From Mobula hypostoma (lineage: Eukaryota), in the NCBI RefSeq assembly GCF_963921235.1, contig NC_086097.1, positions 212,662,001-212,726,000 on the forward strand: DNA of 64,000 bases, written 5' to 3'. This document shows, piece after piece, positions 12,956-25,909 of this stretch. The notes under the pieces are model-generated. The model was not told the DNA's origin. It saw nothing but the letters and a program-made list of their open reading frames with translations, and made no database searches. The translations under genes and the position numbers were made by a program. The first letter of the stretch is position 1. The number at the start of each line of letters is the position of its first letter.

Positions 12956-13185
12956 GTAGCACTTACAAAGTGCTGCAGGAACTCAGCAGGTCGGGCAGCA
13001 TCTATGGAAAGGAATAAACTGTCAACTTTCAGGCCGAGGCCTTTCATCAGGACCTGACGGAGTGTTTCTGCTCAGACTGTCAACTCTTTATTCCTTTCCA
13101 TAGATGCTGCCCGACCTGCTGAGTTCCTCCAGCATTTTTATGTGTTACCCTGAATTGCGAGCATCCACAGAATCTCTTGTGTCTC
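12956..13185 (+). mobile_element. Fold-back Penelope-pLTR mini-element, older subfamily
   Basis: Inverted arms centred on CAGG-A-CCTG (13052); exact 13-bp TSD TGATTAATTTATA (12943-12955, 13186-13198). Confidence 0.85.
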
Positions 13186-13580
13186 TGATTAATTTATATT
13201 TTTCTTCATTATTCTCCTCATCCACCAACTGCTCCAAAGCGAGTGGGTTATTGGTGCCCTGTAACAAGATTTTATACTGATTTGATTTTAAATTTACATG
13301 CTAGTTTCAAAAGTTGCACATCCCTAAGTTGGGAAGCAGTCTATTGTGAAGAGGACTATAAGTTAAGATTATAAATTAGAGAGATAAATCTAAGAGGAAG
13401 TTTAATGTGAAGAAGTATGACAGTGCAATTCGAAAAGAGTAATAAGCGATTATGTACGCCAATGATAAATACAAAGAAGTAATAGTGAGACACAGATATA
13501 TTATATATATTTAAAAACCTGAGGTTATAATAATAATGTTTTAAATGGTCAGAAAACAAAGATAAGAAACTCAAGCTTAC

Positions 13581-13631
13581 ACCATATAGATAGTCTGGGC
13601 ACAGTCCGAACATTGTATCTGTGTTGGGTAC
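13581..13631 (-). CDS. Candidate 51-nt internal exon of an unidentified gene
   Basis: Acceptor ccattttatgttccaatag|G and donor GGT|gtaagc in non-repetitive DNA. All three frames are open (phase 0: VPNTDTMFGLCPDYLYG). No homology recognised. Confidence 0.35.
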
Positions 13632-13865
13632 CTATTGGAACATAAAATGGTGAAGAACAGATTTTGCCAAGATGATACAAAACATGGAATTCAAAAGTTT
13701 TTGAGGAGATCTACAACCATTTGCATGTACAGAATGATTTTAACGTAGCCAAGCACTGAGAGCTCCACATTGATGCTATTATGCAAAATCTGACAGCATG
13801 TCGCATAAGGTTAAGTAGAGCAAATGAAATAGGAGTTAAAAAAGGTTAAACAACAAATACTAGGG

Positions 13866-14770
13866 ATCAGAATTAGAATCAGAATTAATATCACCGGCAT
13901 ATGTTGTGAAATGTATTAACTTAGCAGAAGTACAATGCCATATAAAATTAATTACAGTGTATAAATATGCATATTAAATGGTTAAATTAAAAATTGTGCA
14001 AAAGCAGAAATATTAATAAAGTGAGGTAGTATTCATGGGTTCAATGTCCATTTAAAAATTGGATGGCAGAGGGGAAGAAGCTGTTCCTAAATCGCCTTTA
14101 GGTTTTTGTAGCTCCTTCATGATGGTAACAATCAGAAGAGGGCATGCCCTGGGTGATGGGGGTCTTTAATAATGGACATCACCTTTCTGAGGCACTGCTC
14201 ATTGAAGATGTCTTGGATACTATGGACACTAAGATGGAGCTGACTAGTTTTACAACTTTCTGAAGCTTCTTGTAATCCTGTGCAGTTGCACTCACGTCCC
14301 ACACCCCACCCCCGCATACCAAGCAGTGATGCAGCCTGTCAGAATACTCTCCTCGGTGCATCTATAGGGGTTTTCAAACGTATTAGGTGAAAAATCAGAT
14401 CTCCTCAAGCTTCTAAAGAAATATAGCTGCTGTCTTGCCTTCTTTATAACTGCATTAATATGTTGGGACCAAGTTAGATCCTCAGAGATTTTGACACCCA
14501 GGAACTTGAAATTGCTCACTCTCTCTACTTCCGATCCCTCTATGAGGATTGGTTCATGTTTCCTTGTCTTACCTTTTCTGAAGTCTAGAATCAGCTCTTT
14601 GGTCTTAAGCGCAAGTTTGTGGCTCTAGCACCACTCAACTAACTGGTATATCTCACTCCTGCACGCCTTCTCGTCTCCATCTGTGATTTTGCCAACAATG
14701 TTTGTATCATCAGCAAGTTTATAGATGGCATTTGAGCTATGCCTAGCCAACAGTCATTGGTATAAAGATA
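13866..14770 (-). mobile_element. Rex1/Babar LINE 3' fragment
   Basis: KLADDTN, NFKFLGVKISEDLTWSQHI, KARQQLYFFR and KDPHHPGHALF; GAATCA-type tail. Confidence 0.9.
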
Positions 14771-14797
14771 CACACTTGCTTAAAAATTAAGAGCAGA

Positions 14798-15050
14798 CTC
14801 AAGAGAATGGGGATGCTGAATGTGAAGCAACAAACAATCGGCTAGAGGCACTCAGCAGGGCAAACAACAGCTGTGGGGTGGGGTAAAGATATTGCCAATG
14901 TTTTAGGTCAAAATCTTGTCATAGTCTGGATGCAGGCTTCCAACCTGAAATATTGACCACCAATTTTCCCATTCCACCCCCTCGCCCTTCCCCAATAGGT
15001 CAATAGGTGCTGCTCAACCCACAAAGTTCTTCTAGCAGATTCTTTGTTGC
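14798..15050 (-). mobile_element. Highly decayed fold-back Penelope-pLTR element
   Basis: Imperfect inverted arms (GCAACAAACAATCGGCTAGAGG...TTCTAGCAGATTCTTTGTTGC) with a degenerate flanking duplication. Confidence 0.55.
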
Positions 15051-15689
15051 CTAGAAATTAAATCAGCTCACACGTTTTTTATGCACAAATTGTACATAGA
15101 ATCCACTGTACACATTTTAGATTTTGATAGCTACCATTACTAGGTCAATTAGCAACCACCGGGAAATTATCAGTATTTCCAAGTGTGATTTACTTCTACT
15201 CAGCGTCAAACACACATCCAATGGCATCATCTAGTATGTAGCACCTTATTCCTGTGATGAGTTACAGAAATGGGACTTCAAAGATGTGATTTATGGTCTG
15301 GGTTTTGCTATCACAGAAATGTGAATTAAAGGATCCCCAATGTTCCATCAATGTGTTCCTCTCTGTATCTGTCATCCCCAGTTATCATTGCTTGACATAC
15401 TTAAAATGTAATTCTTGGTGTCCTATTGGCAGCCTCTCTATGGAATGCACAGAGTAATGCATAGTGTAATCTCTATCAGATTTATAAGCCCATATTTTGC
15501 CAATGGGACTTGGAGTGAGTGCAGAGGGGGTGGTGGTCAGAGACACAGAAGATACATGTATGCCTTTTCTTCCCTTTTTTCCTTCACTCCATGGCACTCT
15601 TTTCTGCAGATTCTCCGGGGCTGCCATTGGAGAGGTTTCATTCAGGATCTCCTCTGATAGTTTATTGTGACTATGATGTGACAACTGGG

Positions 15690-16136
15690 TTTGGAGGACC
15701 TGAGTTGTAAGGGAAGATTGAATAGGCTAGGACTTTATTCCTTGAAGCGTAGAAGATAGAGAGGAGATTTGATAGAGGTGTACAAAATTATGAGGGATTA
15801 AGTTAGGGTAAATGCAAGCAGGCTTTTTCCACTGAGGATGTGGGGATTGCAACCAGAGGTCATGGGTAAAGGGTAAAAGGTGAAATCTTTAAGGGGAACA
15901 TGAGGGGAAACTTCTTCACTCCGAGGGTCATGAAAGTGTGAAACAAGCTGTCAGCACAAATGGTGCATGCGAGCTCTATTTCAACGTTTAAGGGAAGTTT
16001 GGATAGATACATGGATGGTAAGGGTAGGGAGGGCTATGATCCCAGTGAAGGTCAATGGGAGAAGGCAGTTAAATAGTTCAGCATGCACGTGATGGGCCGA
16101 AGGCTCTACTTCTGTGCTGTGCTTTTCTATCACTCT
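15690..16136 (+). mobile_element. CR1 LINE 3' fragment
   Basis: RLNRLGLYSL..RGDLIEVYKIMR..NFFT followed by a CR1 3' UTR. Confidence 0.85.
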
Positions 16137-16519
16137 AACTGCAAGCTTTGCAGGCAGTTGTTGTCAGGAACCATCCAGGTAATGTTTTATGTATAAATCT
16201 ACTTGAAAACACCTTAAGATGTTCCTTTCTGTCATTTTATTTACAATTTCCTGATTTTTGTATTATGTGGTTATCCAGCTGAGTCTCAATACCAAGCAGC
16301 TTCTGTGTACCAAAAATAAGTGAGCTCTAAATCTGTGCAAAGATACTATTTCCAGGGGGAAAAAAAAACAGGGGCTCTAATCTGCTACTTTGTATGTTAG
16401 AAATGTCAGTGGACACATTCTTCTACCTGTCATCTTCTCAATCACTTGCAAGCCTGTTTTATTTTTTTCATTACATTTTTATTTGCTTGGGAACTATTGC
16501 CTAAATGTTTAGACAGCTA

Positions 16520-16715
16520 AGATAGGTGCTTTGGCTTTTCTGTCAGAGGATGTAATTAAAGCCCCAGTTCAGAGACTCAAGCACAACAAATCTTGAATGA
16601 CATTCCATGACATTCCATCACATTATCAAGGGAATGCTCCAACATCAGAGATACAGTCTTTTGGTTGACTCCTTAATTCAAGGCCTGGAGCATACTAACC
16701 TGCTTTTGTGGATGT
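16520..16715 (+). mobile_element. Ancient DeuSINE-like remnant (5' part)
   Basis: Resembles, as I recall it, the Deu-domain SINE consensus (...CAGAGACTCAAGCACAA...GGGAATGCT...GTCTTT...); strongly diverged. Confidence 0.4.
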
Positions 16716-17105
16716 TAATAAATTTTGATGTGACCTTCCCTCCTAAGTTTCTGGCTGAAGTTTTAAGAAACTCTAAGATTGGCACATGGTTGATAGAAAA
16801 ATGGAAGGAAGGTTAGATTGATCATAGAATAGGTTAATAGATTGGCTCTTCATCAGAGGCTGAAGGACCTATACTGTGCATTTTATGTTCTATGTTAAGC
16901 GCTAAAGAAAATGAGATGTTAGTAAGGCTTACATGGTGCCTAATGTTGCTGTCTTGGGAACAAGGAAATTTAACTTCATCCAATGGTTATTGTGCTTTAA
17001 ATGCACCAATCATATACTGTACCTGTATGGTCTAATTTATTCAATATTCTTTCTAACAAAGTGTTTTATTAATATTAATGATGGACAGGTTATTTAAGTG
17101 AACAC

Positions 17106-17413
17106 TGGGCACGTGGCCAAGTGGTTAGGGCATTCAACTAGCGACCTGAAGGTCGTGAGTTCGAGCCCCAGCTGAGGCAGCGTGTTGTTTCCTTGAGCAA
17201 GGCACTTAATCACACATTGCTCTGCGACGACACTGGTGCCAAGCTGTATGGGTCCTCATACCCTTCCCTTGGACAACATCGGTGTTGTGGAGAGGGGATA
17301 CTTGCAGCACGGGCAACTGCCAGTCTTCCATACAACCTTGCCCAGGCCTGCGCCCTGGAGAGCGAAAACTTTCCAGGCACAGATCCATGGTCTCGCAAGA
17401 CTAACGGGTGTCT
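17106..17413 (+). mobile_element. tRNA-derived SINE with CORE-like domain
   Basis: A box TGGCCAAGTGG and B box GAGTTCGAGCC, then CCTTGAGCAAGGCACTTAATC; second copy at 3594-3893. Confidence 0.85.
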
Positions 17414-18739
17414 TAAGTGAACAACAGTTAAATTTTCCACTTGCCAATATCACGTTTGAAATTGTACTAGCCACCTATCATGACTGAAGGAGACGTAAGG
17501 GTGTAAAAAAAAAGGGTGAGGTAGCCAGAGGCAAGTTACAGGGTGTATTGGGATGAAGTCAGGACATGCTAATGGTCAGCAGAGCTAGAAGTCAACAGAA
17601 CTGGTTGTGGATGGAATGTGGAATTGAAATGGAGCTGACCTTCAATTTGGAAGTGGATTTGAGTCCATTGTTTTAATGTCTTTACTGAAGAAGGACTGTT
17701 GGCTCTATGTAACCACTCAGGTGATTTACTTCTGTGAGAAATATTTATGCTTGCAAACTGGATTGCACTTGCTTTTGGTATGCTAAAACATGCAGTGCTA
17801 ATGGTCAATCTGGTCCCTAGCAAACAAAATCTGCAAACTTGACCAAAATGCAATTTGAAATGACGTTAGGGTGGTTTACTCCCTGAACAAGTACCAGGAA
17901 AAATGGTACATCACTGATTCTCAGCAGACCTCACCCAATTTAATCTCTAACACATGGCAATGCAGGAACAAGAGGATTGGCCCTTAAAGGCAAACTCCCT
18001 ATGGCAACTGCACAGCAGTAACACACACGTTGACTGGTGTGGAAAAAAGAAAGGGTGCAGGGAAGAGGGAGACAACTCTGATATTCAATTAAAAGGTCAG
18101 GGAAGTCCATGTCAACAAGCAACGTTCCATGCAGAAGATCCAGAGTGACAGGTGAGCAGCAAGGCCCTCAATGAAAACTAATTGACTGAAGATGGAGAAA
18201 TGCATAAAGAAATTTCACGTCTTAGCAAGATATATCAGGGTGATTAATACATGACTTTCTACACCTTCAGGATGGATATTTTCACAGAAGATGTATTTTA
18301 TGTGGAAGTCTAAGCAAGAGGCAAGGCTTAAGAGTATGTGCACTCTTCTACGTGAAATCTTGGTGAAGAGATTTTGAAGCTCATTCCTAAGATCAGCTTT
18401 TCTGCAGATTATGCACTTGGACACAGAGATCCATCTACATCTTGCTGCTCTAATATGCGTCTTTTTAAATTTTTCTTGTCAAAGTAGATAAATGCACATA
18501 TTCCAAGATGATACTCCATCATCAGTCTTAAAGACTGTCTTGTGTGATGAGTGATTCTATACCACCTAAGCAACGAAAACCCAAATTTAGTCCCACTACT
18601 ATTGAGAAACTTGGCCAAAAGAAACAATAGAAAGTCATGCTCAAGGTCAACGTCAAGCACGGAGGAATCAGTATCAATGACTGAAAAATGACAAGATGTC
18701 AACTGCTCCATAGTGAATGCCCGTAAGAGACTAGACAAC

Positions 18740-19035
18740 TTGATGATAAGCTGATCCTCACCATCTAGGCCATGCCTTGTTTTCATCACTGCCATCAGGG
18801 AGGAGCACAAGAGCTCAAAGACCCACACTCAACATTTTAGGAACAGCTTCTTCCCCCCCACCATCAGATTTCTGAACAGAAGATGAAATCATGAGCACTA
18901 TCTTACTTTTGCTCTCTTTTTGTATTTATTTATTATATATTACTGTAATTTGTTATGTATTGCACTGTACTGCTGCTGCAAAACAGCACATTTTGCAACA
19001 TATGTCAGTGATAAACCCAATTCTGATTCTGATTC
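18740..19035 (+). mobile_element. Rex1/Babar LINE extreme 3' fragment
   Basis: DPHHLGHALFSSLPSGR..FRNSFFP, 3' UTR and (TTCTGA)n tail. Confidence 0.8.
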
Positions 19036-19319
19036 ACTCTAGGAAATAATTTATGCCTGTCAATCCCATCCCATCATATCTGATTACCCTAAACCCTTCA
19101 ATTGGATCAATTAAATTAATAGTGGTTTAGTAAGAGGGAGAGGGCAGCTGGGGGCTACAAATCCCAATCCATTGAATAAAACCATACCTCCACTACTGAA
19201 GAACGTGTGCACTCAGGTTTGGTTTCGTTTGTCACCCGAAGATCCACCAAGCCTGACAGAAGTTCTCCTTTATTCTGAGAGACCACTGTTGCTGAATCAT
19301 AACTTCACTCTTTCACACG

Positions 19320-19528
19320 CAAACACGAGGAAATCTGCAGATGCTGGAAATTCAAGCAACACACATCAAAGTTGCTGGTGAACGCAGCAGGCCAGGCAGC
19401 ATCTCTAGGAAGAGGTACAGTTGACATTTCGGGACTGATGAAGGGTCTCGGCCCGAAATGTCGACTGTACCTCTTCCTAGAGATGCTGCTTGGCCTGCTG
19501 CGTTCACCAGCAACTTTGATGTGTGTTG
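19320..19528 (-). mobile_element. Fold-back Penelope-pLTR mini-element
   Basis: Long arm on the left; loop 19434-19451 holds CTGATGA plus part of stem II; 17-bp TSD CTTCACT(C/T)TTTCACACG (19303-19319, 19529-19545). Confidence 0.9.
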
Positions 19529-19589
19529 CTTCACTTTTTCACACGTTTTCCTCCTTTAGACTTGTTCACAAGTAATACAATTACAGGCA

Positions 19590-21840
19590 TGTCAAAGTCA
19601 AAAGTCAAAATAAAAATTTATTATCAGTATACATCCATGTCACCACATTCAACCCGGTGATACTTTTTCTGTGGGCATAGTTTGCAAATCTATAGAACAG
19701 TAACTATGAACAGGATCAATGAACAGTCAACTGTGCAAATGCAGATATAAATAAATAGCAATAAATAACAAGCATGAAATAACAAGATAAGACTCCTTAA
19801 ATGAGTGTGGTTGTCCCCTTTTGGTCAAGAGCCTGATGGTTGAGGGGTAGTAACTGTTCTTAAACCTGGTGGTGCGAGTCCTGAGGCACCTGTACCTTCT
19901 ACCCGACGGCAGCAGTGAGAAAGGAACGTGGCCTGGGTGGTGAGGATCTTTGCTGATGGATGCTGACGTTTCTATGCCAACGTTTCGTGTAGATGTGCTC
20001 AATGGTTGGGAATATTTTACCCATGATGCACTGGGTCGAATCCAGTTCTTTTTGTAGGATTTTCCATTGAAAGACATTGGTGTTCCCATACCAGGCAGTA
20101 ATCTAGCCAGTCAGCACACTTTCCACCACACATCTATAGAAGTTTGCCAAGGTTTTTGATGACATGTTGAATCTCTTCTGACTCCTGAGGAAGTGGAGGC
20201 GCTGTCGTGCTTTCTTTACAATTATATTTATATGATGTGTCCAGGACAGGTCTTCTGAGATAGTGACACCCAGGAATTTAAAGTTACTGAACTTCTCCAC
20301 CTCTGATCTTCCAATAATTACTGGCTCATGGACCTCTGGTTTCCCTCTCCTGGTCTGCAATCAGTTCTTTGGTTTTGTCAACCCTGAGTGAGAGGTTGTT
20401 ATTATTACACCATTCAGCCTGTATGCTGATTCATCACTACCTTTGATATGGACCACAACAGTGGTGTCATCAGCAAACTTGTACATTGTGTTGGAGCTGT
20501 ACTTAGCCACACAGTCATAGGTGTAAAGCAAGTAGAGCAGGGGGCTAAGTACACTTCCCTGCAGTGCTCTTGCGCTGATGGAAATTGTGGAGGGGACATT
20601 TTTGCCAATCCAGCTGACTGGGGTCTACACGTGAGGAAATCCAGGATCCAATTGCACATGGGGGCATTGAGGCTTAGGTCTTGGAGTTTACTGATTAGTT
20701 TTGAGGAGATGATGGTGTTAAATGCTGAGTTGTAATCGATAAAGAGCAAGCTGATGTATGCATCTTTGCTGTCCAGATGTTCCAGAGTTGTGTGAAGAGT
20801 CAACAAGATAGCATCTGCTCTATACCTGTTGCCTTGATAGGCAAATGGGAGCAGATCTAGCACCACATGCTTCAACATTAACTTCTCAAAACACTTCATC
20901 ACTGTGGATGCAAGTGTCAGTGGGTGATAGTCATTTATCACTCTCTTCTTGTGCACCAGTATAACTGAACCCGCCTTGAAGCAGGTGGACACCACACACC
21001 GCTGGAGCAACAGGTTGAAGATATCCATGAATACACCAACCAACTGGTCAACACAAGTCTTCAGTACTTGGCCAAGTACTCTGTCTAGACCGGATGCTTT
21101 CCTTGAATTCACTCTCTTGAAGGCAGCCTACACATCATCTTCGGAGACTGAGACTAAAGGATCATCAGGTGACATGGGGGTGCGCAATGGTTTTTCCTTA
21201 TAGAAGGCACTTAGCTCATCTGGAAGCAGTCCACTCTGTCGCAAGAATTAACTTTGTTGGAAGTTATGGCATTCAAACCCTATCACAGCCGTCGAGCATC
21301 CCTTGTTGATCCCAGTCTAGTCCAGAATCTCCACTTCGCTCGTGAGATGGCTTTCCAGAGATCATACCTGCACTTCTTGTAACATTCCTGATCTCCAGAC
21401 TTGAATGCCTCTGACTTAGCTCTCAGCGGATTCTGGATTTCATTGTTCACCCAGGACTTCTGATAGGAGAAAACCCCGAACTATTTTGTGGGGACACGCT
21501 CATCCACAGCCGTTTTAATAAAGTCTGTAATGACCCTGGTGTAGCCATTCAGGTCCTCAGATGAGTTCTTGAACATGGCCCAGTCCAATGACTCAAGGCA
21601 ATCCTGTAACTATTCCTCTGCCTCCTGTGACCAACCCTTAGTTGTCTTGATCTCTGGAGCCTTGCTTTTTAGGTTCTGTCTGTATAAAATGCGGTCTCAG
21701 GAATGATCGATAGGCATTTCTTATCATAGTGTAGCAGCAGTCTAGTGTGTTGGGACCTCTGGTGCAACAGGTTACATGATGGTGATAACTGGGCAGTGTT
21801 TTCTTCAAATAGGCCTGGTTAAAGTCGCCGACTACAATTT
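19590..21840 (-). mobile_element. Rex1/Babar LINE, 5'-truncated (end of endonuclease, RT, 3' UTR), decayed
   Basis: VGDFNQ, TRGPNTLDCCY, LFIDYNSAFNTI, NWILDFLT, KFADDTT and KDPHHPGH; (TTTGAC)n tail. Confidence 0.92.
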
Positions 21841-22354
21841 GAAATGTTTCAGTGGCAAAGGTAAAGTCAGAAAAGGAAACAGTTTTGTTCAATTTTTCAA
21901 AATTGCTGGCAAGGCCAGCATTTGCTGTCCATCCCACACAGATCAAGCAGATTACTGTAAGCTTTTGATAACCTTCCCAGAATTATAATTGTAAGTGCAC
22001 CTTGCCCTTTTCTATACTAGTTTTTGTTAATTTGATGTGCATCATCAGCTGTTTCACATTCAATTCTGGGGTCATGCTGATATCTTCCCTAGGGAATCTA
22101 GAAGACAAGTAAAACAAAGAGTATTTTTGTAGATGAAAATGAAGAGCTCTCATAATACTTCTGTGGCTTGTATCATCCGTTAACAGTGAATTTGTGCAGG
22201 TGTGCCTAATATATGTTGGGAGGTTAATAAGAATTATGCTGACACTAGATTCAAGTAAACTTCTCACTAATTCACCACCTTAGTGTTATAGTGATGATAT
22301 TGAAAATTTCATACACTACTGTTTAACTTGGGTCAAATCCTGCACACTCGTATA

Positions 22355-22421
22355 CAGTACTGCACAAAAGTTTTAGGCACATATATATAGCAAGGGTGCC
22401 TAAGAAGTTTGCCCAGTATTG
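22355..22421. mobile_element. 67-bp Tc1/mariner-type MITE
   Basis: Imperfect TIRs CAGTACTGCACAAAAGTTTTAGGCAC / GTGCCTAAGAAGTTTGCCCAGTATTG with TA on both sides. Confidence 0.7.
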
Positions 22422-24284
22422 TAAATTACCTGCTTATTTAATTCAAATGTTACCACACTAATTAAGAACCTAACCTGTGCTATTACGTAATTTTAATGCT
22501 AATGGTAGGCTCTACTATTTGGAATACTGAACTATTTTTAAAATATCTTTTCATTGTTGTGAAAATTCTATACTGGGTATTTTATTGTCAGCTTATTGCA
22601 TCACAGAAATCCTTTAATTAAAATTTAACCAGGCTTTTGTCACTATGAGAAATATTAGTTTACTGTCTCTCAATTTGTTCTAGATGAAAAAGTTTACTGC
22701 AGTTTATCAGATTATTTGTAATCAATACCATCTAAGGAATAGTTCCAAGTGAGCTTTTATCAGTAAACTTATTAAGGGTTCTGTTTCTAGTTCTCAGCAG
22801 AAAAAAAAACATAGGTCAGAACTAATTCAATTTCCACAAATCAGCATCAATAAAATTTGATCTCAAGCAAGGTACATGCCTTTTAATAGAAGAGCACTAA
22901 CATATGTGCTTAAAAGCAGGCACAAAGGAAAATAGAAAAGCATGGGACAGGATAGGCCCCTTGACTCATGATCCCTCTGTTGAATACAATTCCAAATTAA
23001 ACAAAACTACTTCTGCCTGCACATAAGACCATAAGATATAGAAGCAGAATTAGGCCATTTGGCCCATTGAGTCAGCTCTGGCGTCAGAGGCTCCATCTTC
23101 CTCTCACCCCAACCCTCCCTTCTCCACTGACACCCCCAGCCTCCCTCCCCCGTCTGATCCCAGCTCTCATCTGTGCTGGGCCTTTACCATCCCCTCTGAC
23201 CTTCAACTGTCTGAGGTAGAGCGCTCCGTCCTCAGTAAGGGCCTTGTCTTTGTCCCCCTTCGCCCACACCTCAGCAAGTTCAGCGTTCGCTATGATGCGG
23301 AATTCTTCTTCCGCCGGCTCCGTCTTCGTGCCTACTTCTTTGGCAAGGACTCTCCAACCCCCACCGATGACCCCTTCTCCCGTCTTCAACCCTCCACCTC
23401 TTCACGGACACCCCGCTCTGGTCTTCTGCCTGCTCTGAATCTCTTTATTGCTAACTGCCGACGGGACATCAACCGTCTCGACTTCACCGCACCTTGTTCC
23501 AATTCCAACCTCACTCCTTCCAAACGCTCTGCTCTCCACTCCCTCTGCACTAATCCTAACCTTACTATAAAACCCGCCGATAAGGAGGGGTGCTGTTGTA
23601 GTCTGGCATACTGACCTCTACCTTGCTGAGGCACAGCGACAACTTGCAGATACCTCCTCTTATTTACTCCGCGATTGTGACCCCACTAAGGAGCACCAGT
23701 CCATTGTCTCCAACACCATCACCGACTTTATCCGCTCAGGGGATCTCCCATCCACTGCTACCAATCTTATAGTTCCCACACCCCGCACTTCCCATTTCTA
23801 CCTCCTACCCAAGATCCACAAACCTGCCTGTCCTCCAAACTATTGTCTCAGCTTGCTCCTGTGCCACCAAACTCGTTTCTGCATACCTCGACACGGTTTT
23901 ATCCCCCCTTGCTCAATCCCTTCCTACCTATGTTCGTGACACTTCTCACGCTTTGAAACTTTTCGATGATTTTAAGTTCCCTGGTCCCTACCGCTTTATT
24001 TTCACCATGGATGTCCAGTCCCTATATACTTCCATCACCCATCAGGAAGGTCTCAAAGCTCCCCGCTTCTTTTTGGATTCCAGACCTAACCAGTTCCCCT
24101 CTACCACCACTCTGCTCCATCTAGCGGAATTAGTCCTTACTCTTAATAATTTCTCATTTGGCTCCTCCCACTTCCTCCAAACTAAAGGTGTAGCTATGGG
24201 CACCCGTATGGGTCCAAGCTATGCCTGCCTTTTTGTTGGCTTTGTGGAACAATCTATGTTCCAAACCTATTCTGGTATCTGTCC

Positions 24285-24519
24285 ACGCAACACACATCAA
24301 AGTTGCTGGTGAATGCAGCAGGCCAGGCAGCATGTCTAGGAAGAGGTACAGTCGACGTTTCGGGCCGAGACCCTTCGTCAGGTCCTGACGAAGGGTCTCG
24401 GCCCGAAATGTCGACTGTACCTCTTCCTAGAGATGCTGCCTGGCCTGCTGCATTCACCAGCAACTTTGATGTGTGTTGCATGAATTTCCAGCATCTGCAG
24501 AATTCCTCGTGTTTACGTA
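24285..24519 (+). mobile_element. Fold-back Penelope-pLTR mini-element inserted in the Penelope RT
   Basis: 96-bp inverted arms (24287-24382, 24384-24479; 2 mismatches) around a single T; exact 13-bp TSD CTGGTATCTGTCC (24272-24284, 24520-24532). Confidence 0.95.
24380..24416 (+). ncRNA. Minimal type I hammerhead ribozyme motif (right arm of the palindrome)
   Basis: GGTC-CTGACGA-A-GGGTCTCGGCCC-GAAA-TG-TC-GACT; a mirror-image core lies on the minus strand at ~24350-24382. Confidence 0.7.
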
Positions 24520-25909
24520 CTGGTATCTGTCCCCTACTTTTCCTTCACTACATCGACGACTGCATTGGCACTGCTTCCTGCACGCATGCTGAGCTCGTTG
24601 ACTTCATTAACTTTGCCTCCAACTTTCACCCTGCCCTCAAGTTTACCTGGTCCATTTCCGACACCTCCCTTCCCTTTCTAGATCTTTCTGTCTCTATCTC
24701 TGGAGACAGCTTATCTACTGATGCCTACTATAAGCCTACCGACTCTCACAGCTATCTGGACTATTCCTCTTTTCACCCTGTCTCTTGCAAAAATGCCATC
24801 CCCTTCTCGCATTTCCTCCGTCTCCGCTGCATCTGCTGTCAGGATGAGGCTTTTTATTCCAGGACGAGGGAGATGTCCTCCTTTTTTAAAGAAAGGGGCT
24901 TCCCTTCTTCCACCATCAACTCTGCTCTCAAATGCATCTCCCCCATTTCACGCACATCTGCTCTCACTCCATCGTCCCGCCACCCCACTAGGAATAGGGT
25001 TCCCCTTGTCCTCACCTACCACCCCACCAGCCTCCAGGTCCAACATATTATTCTCCGTAACTTCTGCCACCTCCAATGGGATGCCACCACTAAGCACATC
25101 TTTCCCTCCCCCCCTCCCTGCTTTCCGCAGGGATCACTCCCTATGCGATTTCCTTGTCCATTTGTCCCCCCATTCCTCCCCACCGATCTCCCTCCTGGCA
25201 CTTATCCTTGTAAGCGGAACAAGTGTTACACATGCCCTTACACTTCCTCCCTCACCACCATTCAGGGCCCCAGACGGTCCTTCCAGATGAGGCGACACTT
25301 CACCTGTGAGTCGGCTGGGGTGATATACTGCATCCGGTGCTCCCGATGTGGCCTTCTATATATTGGCGAGACCCAACGCAGACTAGGAGATCGTTTTGCT
25401 GAACACCTATGCTCTGTCCGCCAGAGAAAGCAGGATCTCCCGGTGGCCACACATTTTAATTCCACATCCCATTCCCATTCTGATATGTCTATCCACGGCC
25501 TCCTCTACTGTAAAGATGAAGCCACACTCAGGTTGGAGGAACAACACCTTATATTCCGTCTGGGTAGCCTCCAACCTGATGGCATGAACGTTGACTTCTC
25601 TAACTTCCGCAAATGCCCCACCTCCCCCTCGTACCCTATCCGTTATTTATTTATATACAGACATTCTTTCTCTCTCTCTCCTTTTTCTCCCTCTGTCCCT
25701 CTGACTATACCCCTTGCCCATCCTCTGGGTTTTTCCCCCTCCCTCTTTTGCTTCTCCCGGCCTCCTGTCCCATGATCCTCTCGTATCCCTTTTGCCAATC
25801 ACCTGTCCAGCTCTTGGCTCCATCCCTTCCCCTCCTGCCTTCTCCTATCATTTTGGATCTCCCCCTCCCCCTCCCACTTTCAAATCTCTTACTAGCTCTT
25901 CCTTCAGTT

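Noticed and set aside
17106..17180. tRNA gene
   Set aside because: A and B boxes are present, but the sequence continues into a SINE body shared with 3594-3893.
19435..19466. Functional hammerhead in the 19.4-kb copy (likewise the 10.4 and 60.7 kb copies)
   Set aside because: The 5' strand of stem I is missing at 19.4 kb, and CUGANGA is deleted on both strands in the other two.
24303..25775. 490-aa ORF as an intact gene
   Set aside because: Chimeric: its first ~72 codons come from the palindromic insert and the rest is the C-terminal part of a broken Penelope ORF.
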